Below, piece by piece: positions 1-12,617 of a stretch of 64,000 nucleotides of DNA. Under the pieces are notes generated by a model, which saw only the letters and a program-made list of their open reading frames with translations, did not search any database and was not told where the DNA came from. A program made the translations under genes and the position numbers. Origin of the DNA: Utricularia gibba (taxonomy: Eukaryota; Plantae; Magnoliophyta). Location: contig NEEC01000019.1 of the NCBI GenBank assembly GCA_002189035.1, forward strand, positions 372,001-436,000, in the 5' to 3' direction. Position 1 is the stretch's first letter, and the number at the start of each line of letters is the position of its first letter.

Positions 1-301
1 CTTCTTCATATCTTTATCTTATCCATGAATCTTGCAACAAATCTTCATCGTTTGACCAAGTTTTGGGTTGAGATTCGTGGCCCATCAAGTCCATAATTTG
101 GTGAGTTTTGATTTCTCCTCAAATTGATCCAAAAGTACCCTAAAAAACCACAAAATACATTTTCTCTCCAAAAAGATCAAAGTAGTGTAAAAGATACAAA
201 ATCAATTGAAAATAATGAGAAAGTAAAATCTAAGGTAAGTAAAAACAATACTCAAGAATAATGGAAGAACATGTTTTGGAACGACACAAAATCACTTATC
301 A
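1..301 (-). mobile_element. Partial Athila-type LTR (runs off the window start)
   Basis: Minus strand begins TGATAAGTGATTTTGTGTC at 301, an Athila-like LTR terminus. It abuts the degenerate gag at the point where gag runs into the pre-protease region. Confidence 0.55.
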
Positions 302-1299
302 ACCTCTTCATCCTTATTTTTCCTCTTCGAACTATACAAATCCTTCAACACTTTCATTCCTTTTGGCACTTATTCCAAATAGTCCACAGCCTTCATGATT
401 ATCATAGCAGAATCCAAGGATGAAATTATAGAATAGCCTGTAACCTTCAAGGAAAAGGGGCCATTTTCTTTATCTGAATAGCAGCATGCTACTTTTCCTG
501 GCTGCATCTTGTCCTCAAAATTAATTTTAGCACTTTCTGCAACTTTGCTCTAACTAGCAAGGGTTTTTCGGTTAGGCAATTGCTTCCCACCGAAATTGGT
601 TAGTTCTGAGCTAACATTCTATCCTTGCTAAAACGAAATTGGTTGTGCTGCTTGCTAATGTGGTTGACCAAATCCTAGGTGTTGGGATTTTCAATGCTAG
701 TGCTTTTCCAACTGAAATTGTGATGACTCATAAAAACGTTAATCATTTTTTAGCCTGAAATAATCAGTTTTGTTGTTCATTTACCCCATGGAATTTTCAC
801 AGGTCACTGATTTGGAATGAACAAGAAATAAGCCTTTCACCATGTCTTTGAATTCAACAATATCTTTATCATTTCGTGCTGCTTCATCCTCCTTTAGTAC
901 TCCCATTTAATTCACTCGTTGCTGGGCTCAAGATCTAAACTGAGAATGTCTGGATTGTCCAACCATTTCCTTGATTTTCTCCCAACCTTCAGATGGAGTG
1001 AGAGTCGTCATATTGTCATGTGCAGCAAAATCTAACATATCTCATTGGGCAGCAGTCAAGCTCTTCAAAAAACATTTCACCTGCTTCAATTTATCAAATC
1101 TATGGTGTGGGCAGCTTAGAAGAAGAGTAGTAAATTTGCCCCAATACTCATGTAAAGACTCATCATAGTGTTGAAAAATATTCTTTATCTTCAAATTTCC
1201 TCACCTCTAGAGGCAGGGAAAAACTAATTTAAAAATGTTTTTTTCATTTCCATCCAACTCCTTATACTTCCAGGTTCAAGTGTGTTGAATCAAGTCTTG
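302..1299 (-). pseudogene. Degenerate Gypsy/Athila gag, 3' part (older element)
   Basis: Minus-strand translation gives KT*FNTLEPGSIRSWMEMKKTFLN*FFPAS, DESLHEYWGKFTTLLLSCPHH and VPKGMKVLKDLYSSKRK, all retrotransposon gag motifs. Stops and frameshifts are present. Confidence 0.85.
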
Positions 1300-2270
1300 T
1301 GCTAAACGTCATTTTCTCATTAATTTTTAGATCATTTTTATGTCTAAATGTGATTTAAGTTTTTTAGTTAGGAGTTTATAATATAAGATTTAGGTTTTTA
1401 TCTAGATTAAAGTAAGTATCACAAATCTTGTATTAGTAAGTCAATCTTCATGTCTTCTTTGAATCTAATCGGGTTCCGTATATCTTCGCACAACTATATT
1501 ACAGTTTTTCTGAAACATTCCCCTCATTCAAGATTCATTGTGTCATTGGCAACATCTGCGAGTTTTGTAGAGGAGCAAGGTGGAAAGCACCAGCTCATGC
1601 CCTTTTGGCAGGAGGGAGACAACGTATTTTCTGTAGACGAACCTCGAGATTAATCGACAGATAGTGACCTAGTATCCAGACTCATTGAGTCATTGGCAAC
1701 ATCGGGCCAAGCATGCAATTTAACTATGAGGATACATTGGTAGGACCTCTTATCTTCACGTTCATCCAAAGAGTAGCAACATCGGGCCAAGCATGCAATT
1801 CAACTGTGAGGATACGTTGGTAGGACCTTTTATCTTCACCTTCATCCAAAGAGTAGCAACATCGGGCTATTCTTATGCTTTCTTGCAAGAGAGTGTAAGG
1901 TAGGGTAGGCAATTCGTTACTCCTATAACCGAGCACTTGAGAAGATCAGAGAATAGTGAAGATGTGACAAACATAGCTAGGCAGGATTCCAATCCCCGAT
2001 CCCCGAAACATTCTCTTTATTTAAGGTTCATCGCTTACGTTTATTTTTGTTGTTTGCTTACAACCCTCTTACTTCCTTACTCAAGCTTCATCACATACGT
2101 TTCTCAGCTATTTTACTTTAACAAAACCATGTCAAATCGTGACAATTGTATTCGGTGTAACTTCGCCTTTCACTGAAAAACAACTCCCTGTGTTCGACAC
2201 CCGTATTATGCTTTCGTATTTTACGAGTTTTAAAAATATTTAAAAATTTTTGTGGAAACGACACACATCA
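1300..2270 (+). repeat. 5' LTR
   Basis: TGCTAAAC...CACATCA followed by the PBS. 1436-2270 aligns with 7544-8299. Confidence 0.85.
1696..1867 (+). repeat. 80-bp tandem duplication inside the 5' LTR
   Basis: GCAACATCGGGC... recurs at 1696, 1776 and 1856 (period 80). The 3' LTR has one unit (7804-7883). Confidence 0.9.
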
Positions 2271-2276
2271 AATTTT

Positions 2277-2294
2277 TGGCACCGTTGCTGGGGA
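2277..2294 (+). promoter_or_regulatory. Primer binding site (Athila-type TGGCGCCGTTGCCGGGGA variant)
   Basis: TGGCACCGTTGCTGGGGA lies 6 nt after the LTR-terminal CA. Confidence 0.85.
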
Positions 2295-2399
2295 GTTGAA
2301 TTTTTTTTTCTTATTGTTGTGTGTGTGAGTCTCATTTTCATTTTCCTATTTTTTATTTTCTTTTCTTTCCTTTTTCTTTTTTTTTTCCTTATTGTTTCT

Positions 2400-3700
2400 T
2401 GTTGCATGTCGTTTCCTCAACAAATTTTAAATATATAAAATGTAAAACACTAAAAAGTGTAGCACGAGTATTGATTTCAGGAAGTTGAGTTTTGCGAAAG
2501 GTGTTTTGTAGAAAACTTTCACAAATTGTCACAGATTTATAAAAGGGGGTTTTTGAGGTACAAGAAATAAAGATACAACCTAAGTAATGGATCTTGACTA
2601 CGGTACGCAGTTCCTGGGAATGAGATTCCACTTTCTTCTTTTGTCTATCCTCACCTCAGTTTTCACTAATTCCTTTCGACTAGCTGGTTATAGGAGTAAG
2701 GAATAGCCTACTCTTCCTTATACTCTGATTGACAAGGAAGCACGGGAATAGCCTCATGTGATTTCCCCTTGGGCGATTAAGAAGACAAGAGGATTGCCAT
2801 CGATTGTCTTCAAAACCGAATTGCACACGGCCCAACTATTGCCAATGACCAGTGGCGAGCTAGAGGTCACTACTCATCCACTGTTGCGGTACCTCGGTCA
2901 TAAACAATTTGCTATTTCCCTCGAACCGGTAGGGTTGAAGTTAGTGCTCTTCACCTTGATCTGCATCAAGACCCGCAAGGAGTGGCCTGCTACTCATGAG
3001 CCGTGACTAAGAGTCATTACAGAAAGAATGCAACAAAACGCATGGAAGTATGCAAAATCCAGAGTGAATTCAGCGAAGAACCAAGTTTAGTGCTCAAGAC
3101 TTGGAAGGAAGCTTCATTTATTCCCAGAAACTAAAGGGCTTTAGCCACAAAGGGCCATGAAAACAGAAACGAAATTGGAAGCTAAGTGTTCTTCCTCCCT
3201 TGGAGGAGAGGAAGAACCAAAAGTTCTAAGTACAAAGATAAATGCGAAAAAGAAGATCTGAAAATAAGTGTTCCAAGTTGACTTTATATCACTTCTCACG
3301 TGCATTAACTCCTTCTGGTCCCCTTCCCATCATTCCTTCTATCTTGCATGTGCCAACAGCTTTCCTTTGCATGCAAGTTAGCACTCAATCATTGCTGTAG
3401 ACTCTGACATGCCGTACATTAGGGGCCTTGACCAGTGTTAGTCTTCTGCCCACAATTTTTCCAAGTCACGTGCAAGGCATGAAAAGTCAGAGTCTAATCT
3501 CCTGCAACACTCCACGACTACCTCCTTACATATCTCAGTCAAAATACACGAATAAAACAAAGAAAATATATAAAAAAATAGAAAAAGAGGAATTTTCTAA
3601 TAAAATCAAACACTTAACCATAAAACTCCTAATTTGGGCAACTTAATTCTGGATAACACATAATAATACCTAATAAATATCTAGAAAATGACACTTAACA
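2400..3700 (-). mobile_element. Solo LTR of a related Athila family, inverted in the host element's leader
   Basis: TGTTGC...TTAACA termini and a perfect TSD TTTCT (2395-2399, 3701-3705). Its left end resembles the reverse complement of the host LTR 3' end. Confidence 0.88.
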
Positions 3701-3851
3701 TTTCTTTTCTGGTTTCCATTTCTGCTTGGTTTTTCTTTCTTTTATGCAGCCAGGTCCACCGAGCGTTCTTCCAAATCTGAGATTTTATCGAGAAGTTCTA
3801 TATCCTTTGTAATAAGAGGTGGAACAAACCTTTCTTTCAAAAAAGAGAAAA

Positions 3852-6800
3852 TAGATGTCCTATTCAGCCACTGGAGACATCATGGCAGCATATGTACCCG
3901 TCGGAGTACCCACGGTGCATGAGACTCAAGGAGAACAACCCCATGGAAACTTCCCAATGCTACCTCTTGCTAACCATGGACTACATTATGGACCATCAAG
4001 GAAGAAATCACTACTAATCATTCAAACTGCATCTTATGCATCATCCTTGACAGAGAAGAATACTATGAGCTACATACATACTTATTCCAAACACTTCCAA
4101 AGTTTGTTGGAAGGGAAAATGGTTCAATTATTCACAAAGAATAAACCTATGTGAATTGCACATGGCTTGTGCATCCTTGTGCCCCAAGTCAAGCTTAGAG
4201 TGTTTCCCTTCAATCTTACCAAACAAGCTTTGGAGTGGCTCTATGGACTCCCTTCATCATCTATCGCCTAATGGGAGCAAATGGTTCAAAAATTCTTGGA
4301 TAGCTATGCACCACTAGGAAGTGCTTCAGCCAAAAAGAGAGTCTTGACTACCATGATGTAGAGTGAAGGAAAAAACTTGTAGGAGTATTATGATCGTTTC
4401 GACAAAATTTACAATTCCTACCCTCAAGATGGACTCATTGAAGGCCAGATCTTGCAGCATCTCCATGAAGGATTGACTCCTATAATCCATGAACAAATGG
4501 ATGCCGCTTGTAATGGATCATTATTAGAGAACCGTCACAGTACTGATGCTCGAAGACTCATTGAACAAATGGCTGCTAATTTCTATTCCACAGCCAATCA
4601 TTATGATAACTCCTACAGACCACCTAGAGGAAATGTTGGAACAACAAAAGTAGTCTATGGAGTGGACAACTAAGAAGTATTGGCTCAACTTGCAGCAATG
4701 AGTGATACATTGAAGTTTAGTCTTCAAGCCTTGTTTCAACAAAAGGAAGGATATCAAGGAGCCTCAAGCTCAATGCCATCTCACATTGATCGAGGACCAA
4801 GAGTTCATGAAATGCAAGTGGAAGAGGTCAATGCCTTCTTATCAGAACCAAGGAGGGACGTACAACTATGGAAATTATAAGATGCCTCAAAGAGACCATC
4901 CTGGTTTTTGCTGGAGACAGCCAACATCTCCTGGTCAAGCACCATCATTAGGGAACCCATCTAGCATACCTCAGAAGACTATCATTGGACCATCTCAACC
5001 ACTACAAATAACTGGACCTTCAGAGCGACACATGGTTTTTATGTACCAACCAAACCACAGTTTGAAGGCTATGTGAAATCTCTCACTGAAAGCACCTCTA
5101 AGATGCATGCTGAGCAGAGGGACATGAAGGGCCAAATCACAAGTACTCAAGGCTAGATTACTCAACTTGCCCAAGCAATGAACCGTTTGGAAATGAAAAG
5201 AGGATTGTATTCATAGCCAGTGTAAAATCAGAGCATATCAACCCCATCTCACTGAGAAGTGGAACGGACCTACCAAACCCTTATTCATGGTTCACAAACA
5301 AGGTGGACAGATCCAAAGAAAAGGAGCTGGAGATCATGGATAGTGATTCTGATGTCGACGAAGAGATTATTTGTGAGCATCTCGATGGCTCACCAGTCTA
5401 GAGCACTGTTGTTTCAAAGCCACCTAAAGTTGCTAAGAGGAAGGAGCCAAGTGAGGTTCCTCAAACCAAGCCATTGATCATACCACCACCCTTCACGATG
5501 TGGCTTTGAATATGGAACAAGGACAAGAAAGGACTAAAAGTTTTTATGGAGATGATAAAGAAAGTAAATGTTTCTCTTCCTCTTCTTCATATGATTGAAC
5601 AGGTCCCTAAGTATACCAAGTTGCTGAAGAACCTATGTGACACGACGAAGAAAACAAAAGTGGAACAAGAAGTGATCCCTTTATTTGATCGAAAACAATT
5701 CAGTAGCTATGTGTGACCTTGGTGCCTCAGTCAATGTTATGTCTAGATCCCTTTATTTGTCTCTTACATCTAAGTTTGGTAAACATGAACTAACGAATGT
5801 TGTATGCCAACTAGCAAATAGATCATAAGTTATACAAACTGGTAGAATTGAGGATGTTTTTGTTCATGTTAAGGATTTAGTTTTTCCAACTAACTGTTTG
5901 GTTACTCCTATGGAGAGTGATGATCCTAAGGTTTCGGAGTCCAACATTTTGAGATGATCATTCATGACTACTGTAGGCACAAAGATTGATGTTCAAGCAG
6001 CTACCATCAGTCTTCGATTTGATGGACAGGTGCTGGACTTCAGTCTTGACAAATCCATGAAGCATCCTGATCAGATCGGTGAGATACATGCGATTTCCAC
6101 ATGCAAAACTAACACTGTTCACTATGCGATGATCCATGAAAAGGGGCCTGAATCTAAATCAGACAAAGAAATTTCTCAATCAGAAGATTTTTCTCTTGCT
6201 GATCTTGAAGTTTTCCATCATTTAAATAATCCGTCTGATGAACCCGATTTTCAAGATATTTCTTTTCTTAACTTGGAAACCCCTAGCAAGCTGCTAGTGC
6301 CTTCCATTATTCGAGCACTAATCATTAGAAATACTTGTTCCTTGGTGATGATGAAACCCTGCCTATTATTGTTTCTAGTTCACTAACCTTGGAATAGGAG
6401 GAGAAGCTCAAGGTTGTGCTTCAACAGCACAAACAAGTGATTGGTTGGACTTTAGCTGACATCAAGGGAATAAACCCTTCTATTTGCACTCACATGATTT
6501 ACCTAAAGGATGGGACAAGGCTCATCCAACAGCCACAGAGTAGATTTTGAAGCTGTTATCCACAGGTATCATTTATCCTATCTCTGACAGTGAATGGGTT
6601 AGTCCTGTGTAGGTTGTTCCGAAGAAGATTGGTATTACGGTGATGAGCAATGAACAAGGGGAACTTATTCCCACATGAGTGCAGAATGGTTGGAGGATGT
6701 GTGTAGACTATCGCAAGCTGAATTTCACCACCAGGAAATACCACTCTTCCCTTCCTTTTATAGACAAAATGCTTGAACTACTTACAGGGAAGAGCCATTA

Positions 6801-7080
6801 TTGTTGCTTGGATAGATACTTCGGTTTCCACCAAATTCCCATGGCTCTCGAGAATCAATTCAAGGTAGTGTTTGTTTGCCCTTTTGGAACTTCTTCCTAT
6901 CATAGGATGCCATTTGGACTATGCAATGCATCTGCCACTTTCCAAAGATGCATGGCGAGTGTCTTTTCGAAGTATATGGAAGAAATAATTGAGGTTTTCA
7001 GGGATGATTTCACTATTTATGGTAATAGTTTTGATGAATACTTAGGAAATTTGTCTTTGATTTTGAAAAGATGTGTTGAG
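3852..7080 (+). pseudogene. Degenerate gag-protease-RT polyprotein, truncated within RT
   Basis: gag RVFPFNLTKQALEWLYGLP, protease DLGASVNVM (~5715), and RT WRMCVDYRKLN, RMPFGLCNASATFQRCM and FRDD. Similarity stops after LILKRCVE. No RNase H or integrase was seen. Confidence 0.9.
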
Positions 7081-7543
7081 GCTAAAAATAGAAGGCGATA
7101 CATGCAGTTAGACGGGAATAGGTTACCTTAGTCATGCATCATGCGTTAGGTACTACTAGAACTATCTGTTTAGGGTTTATTTTTTTTCATACTTGATTTC
7201 CGAAAGATTGCACATGCCTAATGATGAGCCTTGACGTCCGGTACACGAGAGTCTCTGATCGATGAAATCATTAACGTACCAGTGTCAAAGCAAATGCTTT
7301 CTTGCAAGTCACTCCAATTCATAGCAAGACCAAAAGAACACAAAAAATCAGACGAAAAAGTTCATTTCAGTTCAGTTCAAACAATTCAGAATTCGAGTTT
7401 TAGTTTAGACTTTGTTTTATCTCTTAATAGGATTTTTCCTCTAGCTTCTCTTTACAACCTACTTTCATTTTCTTTAGCTTGTATGGCCATTCGTTGTTAG
7501 AAACATCTGTTTCTGGGTTGGGATACTCCTAGATCTATGTTTT

Positions 7544-8299
7544 GTAAGTCAATCTTCATTTCTTCTTTGAATCTGATCGGGTTTCATATGTCTTCACGCA
7601 ACTATGTTATAGTCTTTCTGTAACAATCCCCTTATTCAAGATTTATGGTTAGCTGATCATTAACTGCGAGTTTTGAAGAGGAGCAAGGTGGAAAACACCA
7701 ACTCATGCCTTTTTGGCAGGAGGGAGACAACGTATTTTCTGTAGACGAACCTCGAGATTAATCGACAGATAGTGACCTAGTATCTAGACTCATTGAGTCA
7801 TTGGCAACATCGGGCCAAGCATGCAATTCAACTGTGAGGATACGTTGGTAAGACCTCTTATCTTCACCTTCATCCAAAGAGTAGCAACGTCGGGCTATTC
7901 TTATGCCTTCTTGCAAGAGAGTGTAAGGTAGGGTAGGCAATTCGTTACTCCTATAACCGAGTACTTAAGAAGATCAGAGAATAGTGAAGATGTGACAAAC
8001 GTAGCTAGGCAGGATTCCAATCCCCGATCCCCGAAACATTTCCTTTATTTAAGGTTCATCGCTTACGTTTATTTTTGTTGTTTGCTTACAACCCTCTTAC
8101 TTTCTTACTCAAGCTTCATCACTTACGTTTCTCGTCTATTTTACTTTACAAAAACCATTTACAAACCGTGAAAATTGTATTCGGTGTAAATTTGCATTTC
8201 ACTGAAAAATAACTCTATGTGTTTGACACCTGTACTACGCTTTTGTGTTTTACGAGTTTTAAAAATATTTAAATTTTTTTATGAAAACAAAACGCATCA
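7544..8299 (+). repeat. 3' LTR (portion homologous to the 5' LTR)
   Basis: Aligns with 1436-2270 and ends AACGCATCA followed by the TSD. 7081-7543 may be further LTR sequence absent from the 5' copy. Confidence 0.85.
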
Positions 8300-8304
8300 T
8301 CTTG

Positions 8305-8763
8305 GCATGTACTTCAAGAATGAATTGGAAAACTCTAAGCAATAAAGTCATCCTCAATTACATCCTTCGGTCTTAGCGCAGCTCCAATAACAATGCAATT
8401 ATCAATGTGAATGAGGGGATCCTCATTCTTGTTCCCATAGTATTTAGGAAACACATCAAGAGTTCCTAGCCTTTTGTGGTAGGGAAGACTATGCAATTTC
8501 CTCATTAAGTGTGGTCCAGTGACTCACACTCTCCAATGGTCTTCTTCAAAATGTTCACAAACTACTGATTGTTCAGTGGGTTGTCAACCATCTCAATAGC
8601 TCTCAATTTAGCCTTTTGTTGATGTTGTTTGTGCTTCTTTCTTAGTAATTTTTCGGTGCTCTCAATCTCCAAATCTATGGGTTCAAGTGGACCTACAAAA
8701 GAGCATAAATGCATTAACAACAGAGAAATTAACAGACACCATTCCCTAGCAACACCGTCATTT
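8305..8763 (-). pseudogene. Degenerate gag 5' part plus PBS of the older element
   Basis: Minus strand reads LEPIDLEIEST and FPKYYGNKNEDPLIHI, and joins the 302-1299 gag across the TSD. A degenerate PBS TGACGGTGTTGCTAGGGAA is at 8742-8760. Confidence 0.8.
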
Positions 8764-10057
8764 TGATGAACGTTGAAACAAATGCTAAATGTCATGGTCT
8801 ATCATGTTCAATTCATCACAATAAATTTATAAACTGAGCTATTCTATTATATAAATCATAGAAATTAATTTAGTATGATAAGCAAGGGTCGAATTCACAA
8901 TGAATGATTGTAATTTCTCAAAGTCTTTTATATTTACTTAAAACAGAGGATTTCTGAGAGTTTAGATCTTATATGCATTGGACATAAAATAACAGCAGTT
9001 GAAATGAACAAGTTAAAGGGGTGAAGAAAGACAGAAAATAATTGGAATGTATAGAAATTATAAAGTGGAGGTAACTTGGCTGGATTTTGCACCAAAATGT
9101 AACTTTTGTGTCACTCGAGAAAGTCCATAAGCTTAAACCCTGTTTTATCACACCCAAAAACAGAGTAAAAAATTGAGGGAAGAGTGAATGACATAGTAAT
9201 CTTAAAACTAAGGACAAAGAACTGAAACAAATCAAACTTATCAACGCAAAAAGTGCACTTCCAGTAGTCACTCTTATGTTGTTAAGACTTAGAAACAAAT
9301 GAAAAAGAAACATTTGAGTTTTCGGCTAAATTATTGTAAATTGAACCTATTTTTACAACAAACACATTACCATGACTAAATGTACAAAAGGAAGCAATTA
9401 AGCATACGAAACAATATTTTAGCCTATAAAACACATCTAAAACACATACAAAAATATAATAAAAACAGTGTTATCAATCGCTTATCCATACTTTATTTTT
9501 TTATATATATAACACAAAAATTAATAGGAGTCCCTCCAAATTCCAATAACATGTTGATAATAAGTTTGATAATATTTACAGTATACTAATTTTTTTCTCA
9601 TCATGATTAAAATGATCATAACAAATAATTTTTTTTTTAGTAAAAGAAGAACCTTCAACATGATTTTCTTGACTAAAATCTTAGGATTCATCTAATAGTT
9701 CAATAAACTGATTTTGCAAAACTGATTTATTATTGGATTTATCTATATATTTAATAATATTAAATTTTTGAAAATTCAAATGTAATAAAAATTTTCTATT
9801 TTAATATTCTAAAAAACTCCAATAATACAAAAAAATTAAATTTAACAATCATACTACCTAAAATCACACACAATGATAATAAAAAAGCATAGATTCATGA
9901 AAATCAAAGTAATATGCAATTAACTTGCGAAATAGGATAAGAATATGAATTAAAATAGTATACGAATAACAAGCAAAATATTAACCAAAATAAGGAAAAA
10001 CAAACGAAATAATCATAGGAACTAGAAAGCCTCAGTGCTAGTGACACAATTATATCA
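8764..10057 (-). repeat. Probable 5' LTR of the older Athila-like element (right boundary uncertain)
   Basis: The minus-strand CA at 8764-8765 precedes the PBS, and a GGGTCGAAT motif is present. A candidate start TGATATAATTGTGTC at 10057 gives ~1.3 kb, similar to the solo LTR. Confidence 0.4.
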
Positions 10058-10242
10058 ATCAAAGGTTTAGATTTTAGTCAAGTTTGAAATATAATAAAAA
10101 ATTGAAAATTACAAGACGAGAGTGAGCAATAGAAAAATAGATATTGGAAATTGATGATGAAACTTATCTTTGATTAATCAAAACAAGAATGAAGAAATGG
10201 GGATCGTGAATGACATCAAAATCTAATATTTAAATTTGCAAG

Positions 10243-10270
<28 letters not shown>
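10243..10270. repeat. (TA)14 microsatellite
   Basis: Read directly from the sequence. Confidence 0.95.
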
Positions 10271-10273
<3 letters not shown>

Positions 10274-10587
10274 TAAAATATGAGTTAATTCAAATGAAGT
10301 TCAAGTAAAAAATAATTGACTAGATCGAATACGAGTCAATCATATTCATTCCGTATGAATCAACCTGCAAGTCATTCGGTTAAACTCATAATCGTGCCCA
10401 AGGCTAATTTAGATAAAATAGCAACAAATTAATATATCATGTTTAATTATTTAAGATGAAGATGAGGAATGCGATGGGCTCTCGCAGACCACTTCACTTT
10501 AGCTGCTCTTTTAAAAATTAAAATACATGCTGCGAACGTTTTTAGACAAGGCAGAAAACATTTTACAGGCGCCAAACTACTTTCAAC

Positions 10588-12115
10588 TCAGAGATCGACA
10601 AATGAGGCATGATGGACGCATATAAACCACTTACCATCAATCTTCTCAAACACGTTGGTGACGAAGTGTCTGCCCCAGCTGCTGGCTCCCTTTGTCTTAA
10701 CCATTTCAATGCAGGTGACATAACCCACATCGCCTCTAACATGAACCTGAACATCCTTTGTCTGGATATCCAGCGGGAACTCGTAGTCTGCCCACACGAA
10801 TTCCCAACTCCCCATCACTAGATCGTAGCCAGAAATGCCGCTCACACCAGGGTGTACAACACAGACGTTTGCATTCTTCGACCAGAGAGCTTGCATGGAA
10901 GCTAGATCGCCGGTTCTGAATGAATTGTAGAATCTTTCATTTGCGGCAAGAATAGCAGATCGTCTGTCCTGGTGGAGAAGTCTGATGCTGTCTCGGATTT
11001 TGGCTGCTTGCACGTAGTTCTCTTCTTGGATGGCGGTTGAAAGTTGTTGCTCCAGAGTGTTTTCATTGTGTAAGATGCTTTCACCACTCAATGTTCCACC
11101 AGACTCTTCTCTAGTGACTTTGCAGGACCCTAGTGAACGTGATCTCGTTGCTTGGTTGAAAGCCACTGCTCTGAAAAGGTGAACAGCTAAATTTGATTCC
11201 TAGACATACCATGCGATGCAAAGTAGAGGGGCACTATGATACATCATCAAAAGACAGCAAAGATAAAAATTATCCTTGTTTCCACAGCAAGAAATACCAC
11301 AAAAAGTGGTGGGAAAGCATGCATACCTCGGTGTTGCACCATATGAAATTGATAGAGAATCTCCAAGAACCCTTAAACTCCTATCATGAAGTAAAGTGGA
11401 ATTCTTGTGACACGGAATATTGTAATACTGAACAATGCTGCCGCTCGGATGCCACCGTTCTCTAGCATCTAGGGTTACCTGCAATAACACCGGGAAGCAG
11501 CACATCTTGATTTAGTCAAGAGAGTAAATGAACAAAAAAATAAAACAAGAAAACCCAAAGTCTCTATTTTGCAAGGTAAAACATTTAAACCAAGTGCCTA
11601 TTGGCATCCATCAATATGGTGTGAGAGAATAATCAACGCCAGCAAGCCACTGCCTTTGGGCTATCTATTCTACCGCAACAAGTGAATCGAATCAAACAAT
11701 CAGAGGAGCAGGAAACAATCTAACAACGAATGGAAAAAGTCTAAATGAAATCAAAAGCAGAAAACTCTCTCTATTTCTTCATATCCAAGGCTCTCAATTT
11801 CCTTTCGTTGAAGTTGCAGGACCTAATAAAACTACAACCCTATTCTATGACCAAAAAAAAACGTGGGAAGACCAAATCAAATATCAGACTACTTAATGCA
11901 AAAAAGATTACCCTAAAATCCAATCACACAATCAGGGGAGAAAAAGACGCGCCTACGAAGTCGATCAAATGTTCCGGAAAGCAAATCAATCTCAAATCCA
12001 AAAAAACATGATAAACAAATTTCACCATCTCATTACATACCCCGTCGTGAGATTCGCGGCCTCGTCGATGCGTCCGAGGCTTGAAATGCAACGTCGTGAG
12101 ATTCACGGCCTCCAT
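10588..12115 (-). CDS. UVR (UvrB/C) motif plus SnoaL/NTF2-like domain protein, ~269 aa
   Basis: Exons 12115-12041, 11478-11327 and 11170-10588 splice in frame via GT-AG. Motifs LEQQLSTAIQEENYVQAAKIRD (UVR) and ANERFYNSFRTGDLASMQALW...WFICVHHAS (SnoaL_3). Confidence 0.85.
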
Positions 12116-12617
12116 ATCTGCCAAATACACCTACAAAGAAAGTGCAATAGCTAAACAAAAAACCTCAAAATGCAGATGAAATCAAGGATCACAGGAGAAA
12201 TTGCATACCTTAGCTACTGACTTATGACCTGCTCAACAGTTCCAGAAGGTGGATGCGATGGATAATGGTGGTTGCAAATTGCAACCATGTAAGGCCTAGG
12301 GGGAGAAACAGCTCTACTGGGCTCCGTTTCCGGCCCAATAAGCCAATTTCTTGATAATTTAGAGAACTACCGAAAACGAGTTTAAAAATCTAATCGCTGA
12401 TGTTTTTTAATATAATTTATGTGCAAAAAATTATAATTAAATATTTAAATTTATAATCGTAGCATTAAATCTATAACTAATTAGAAGAAATTTCCAATTT
12501 AAAACTCATCTAGGGGTGGCTAGGAAATAAGATGTGAAGAAGATTATATATCCAATTGAAAGGTTATGATCTGAATGCGATATTTTGTCGCATTCCAAAA
12601 AATTATATTTAATTTTA

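Larger units (their letters stand above)
1300..8299 (+). mobile_element. Athila-type Ty3/Gypsy LTR retrotransposon, internally deleted, non-autonomous
   Basis: Starts TG (1300) and ends CA (8299), with a perfect 5-bp TSD TCTTG (1295-1299 and 8300-8304). It has a PBS at 2277, gag/protease/RT remnants, and homologous LTR segments 1436-2270 and 7544-8299. Confidence 0.92.

Noticed and set aside
302-8763. Old element as a gag-only (TR-GAG-like) non-autonomous retroelement
   Set aside because: The LTR at 1-301 shows no clear match to 8764-10057 and cuts gag mid-coding, so it is more likely a separate insertion.
11171-11209. 39-nt intron in the SnoaL gene
   Set aside because: It is too short for a plant intron and creates a TGA. 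The donor at 11326 gives a normal intron and an open frame.
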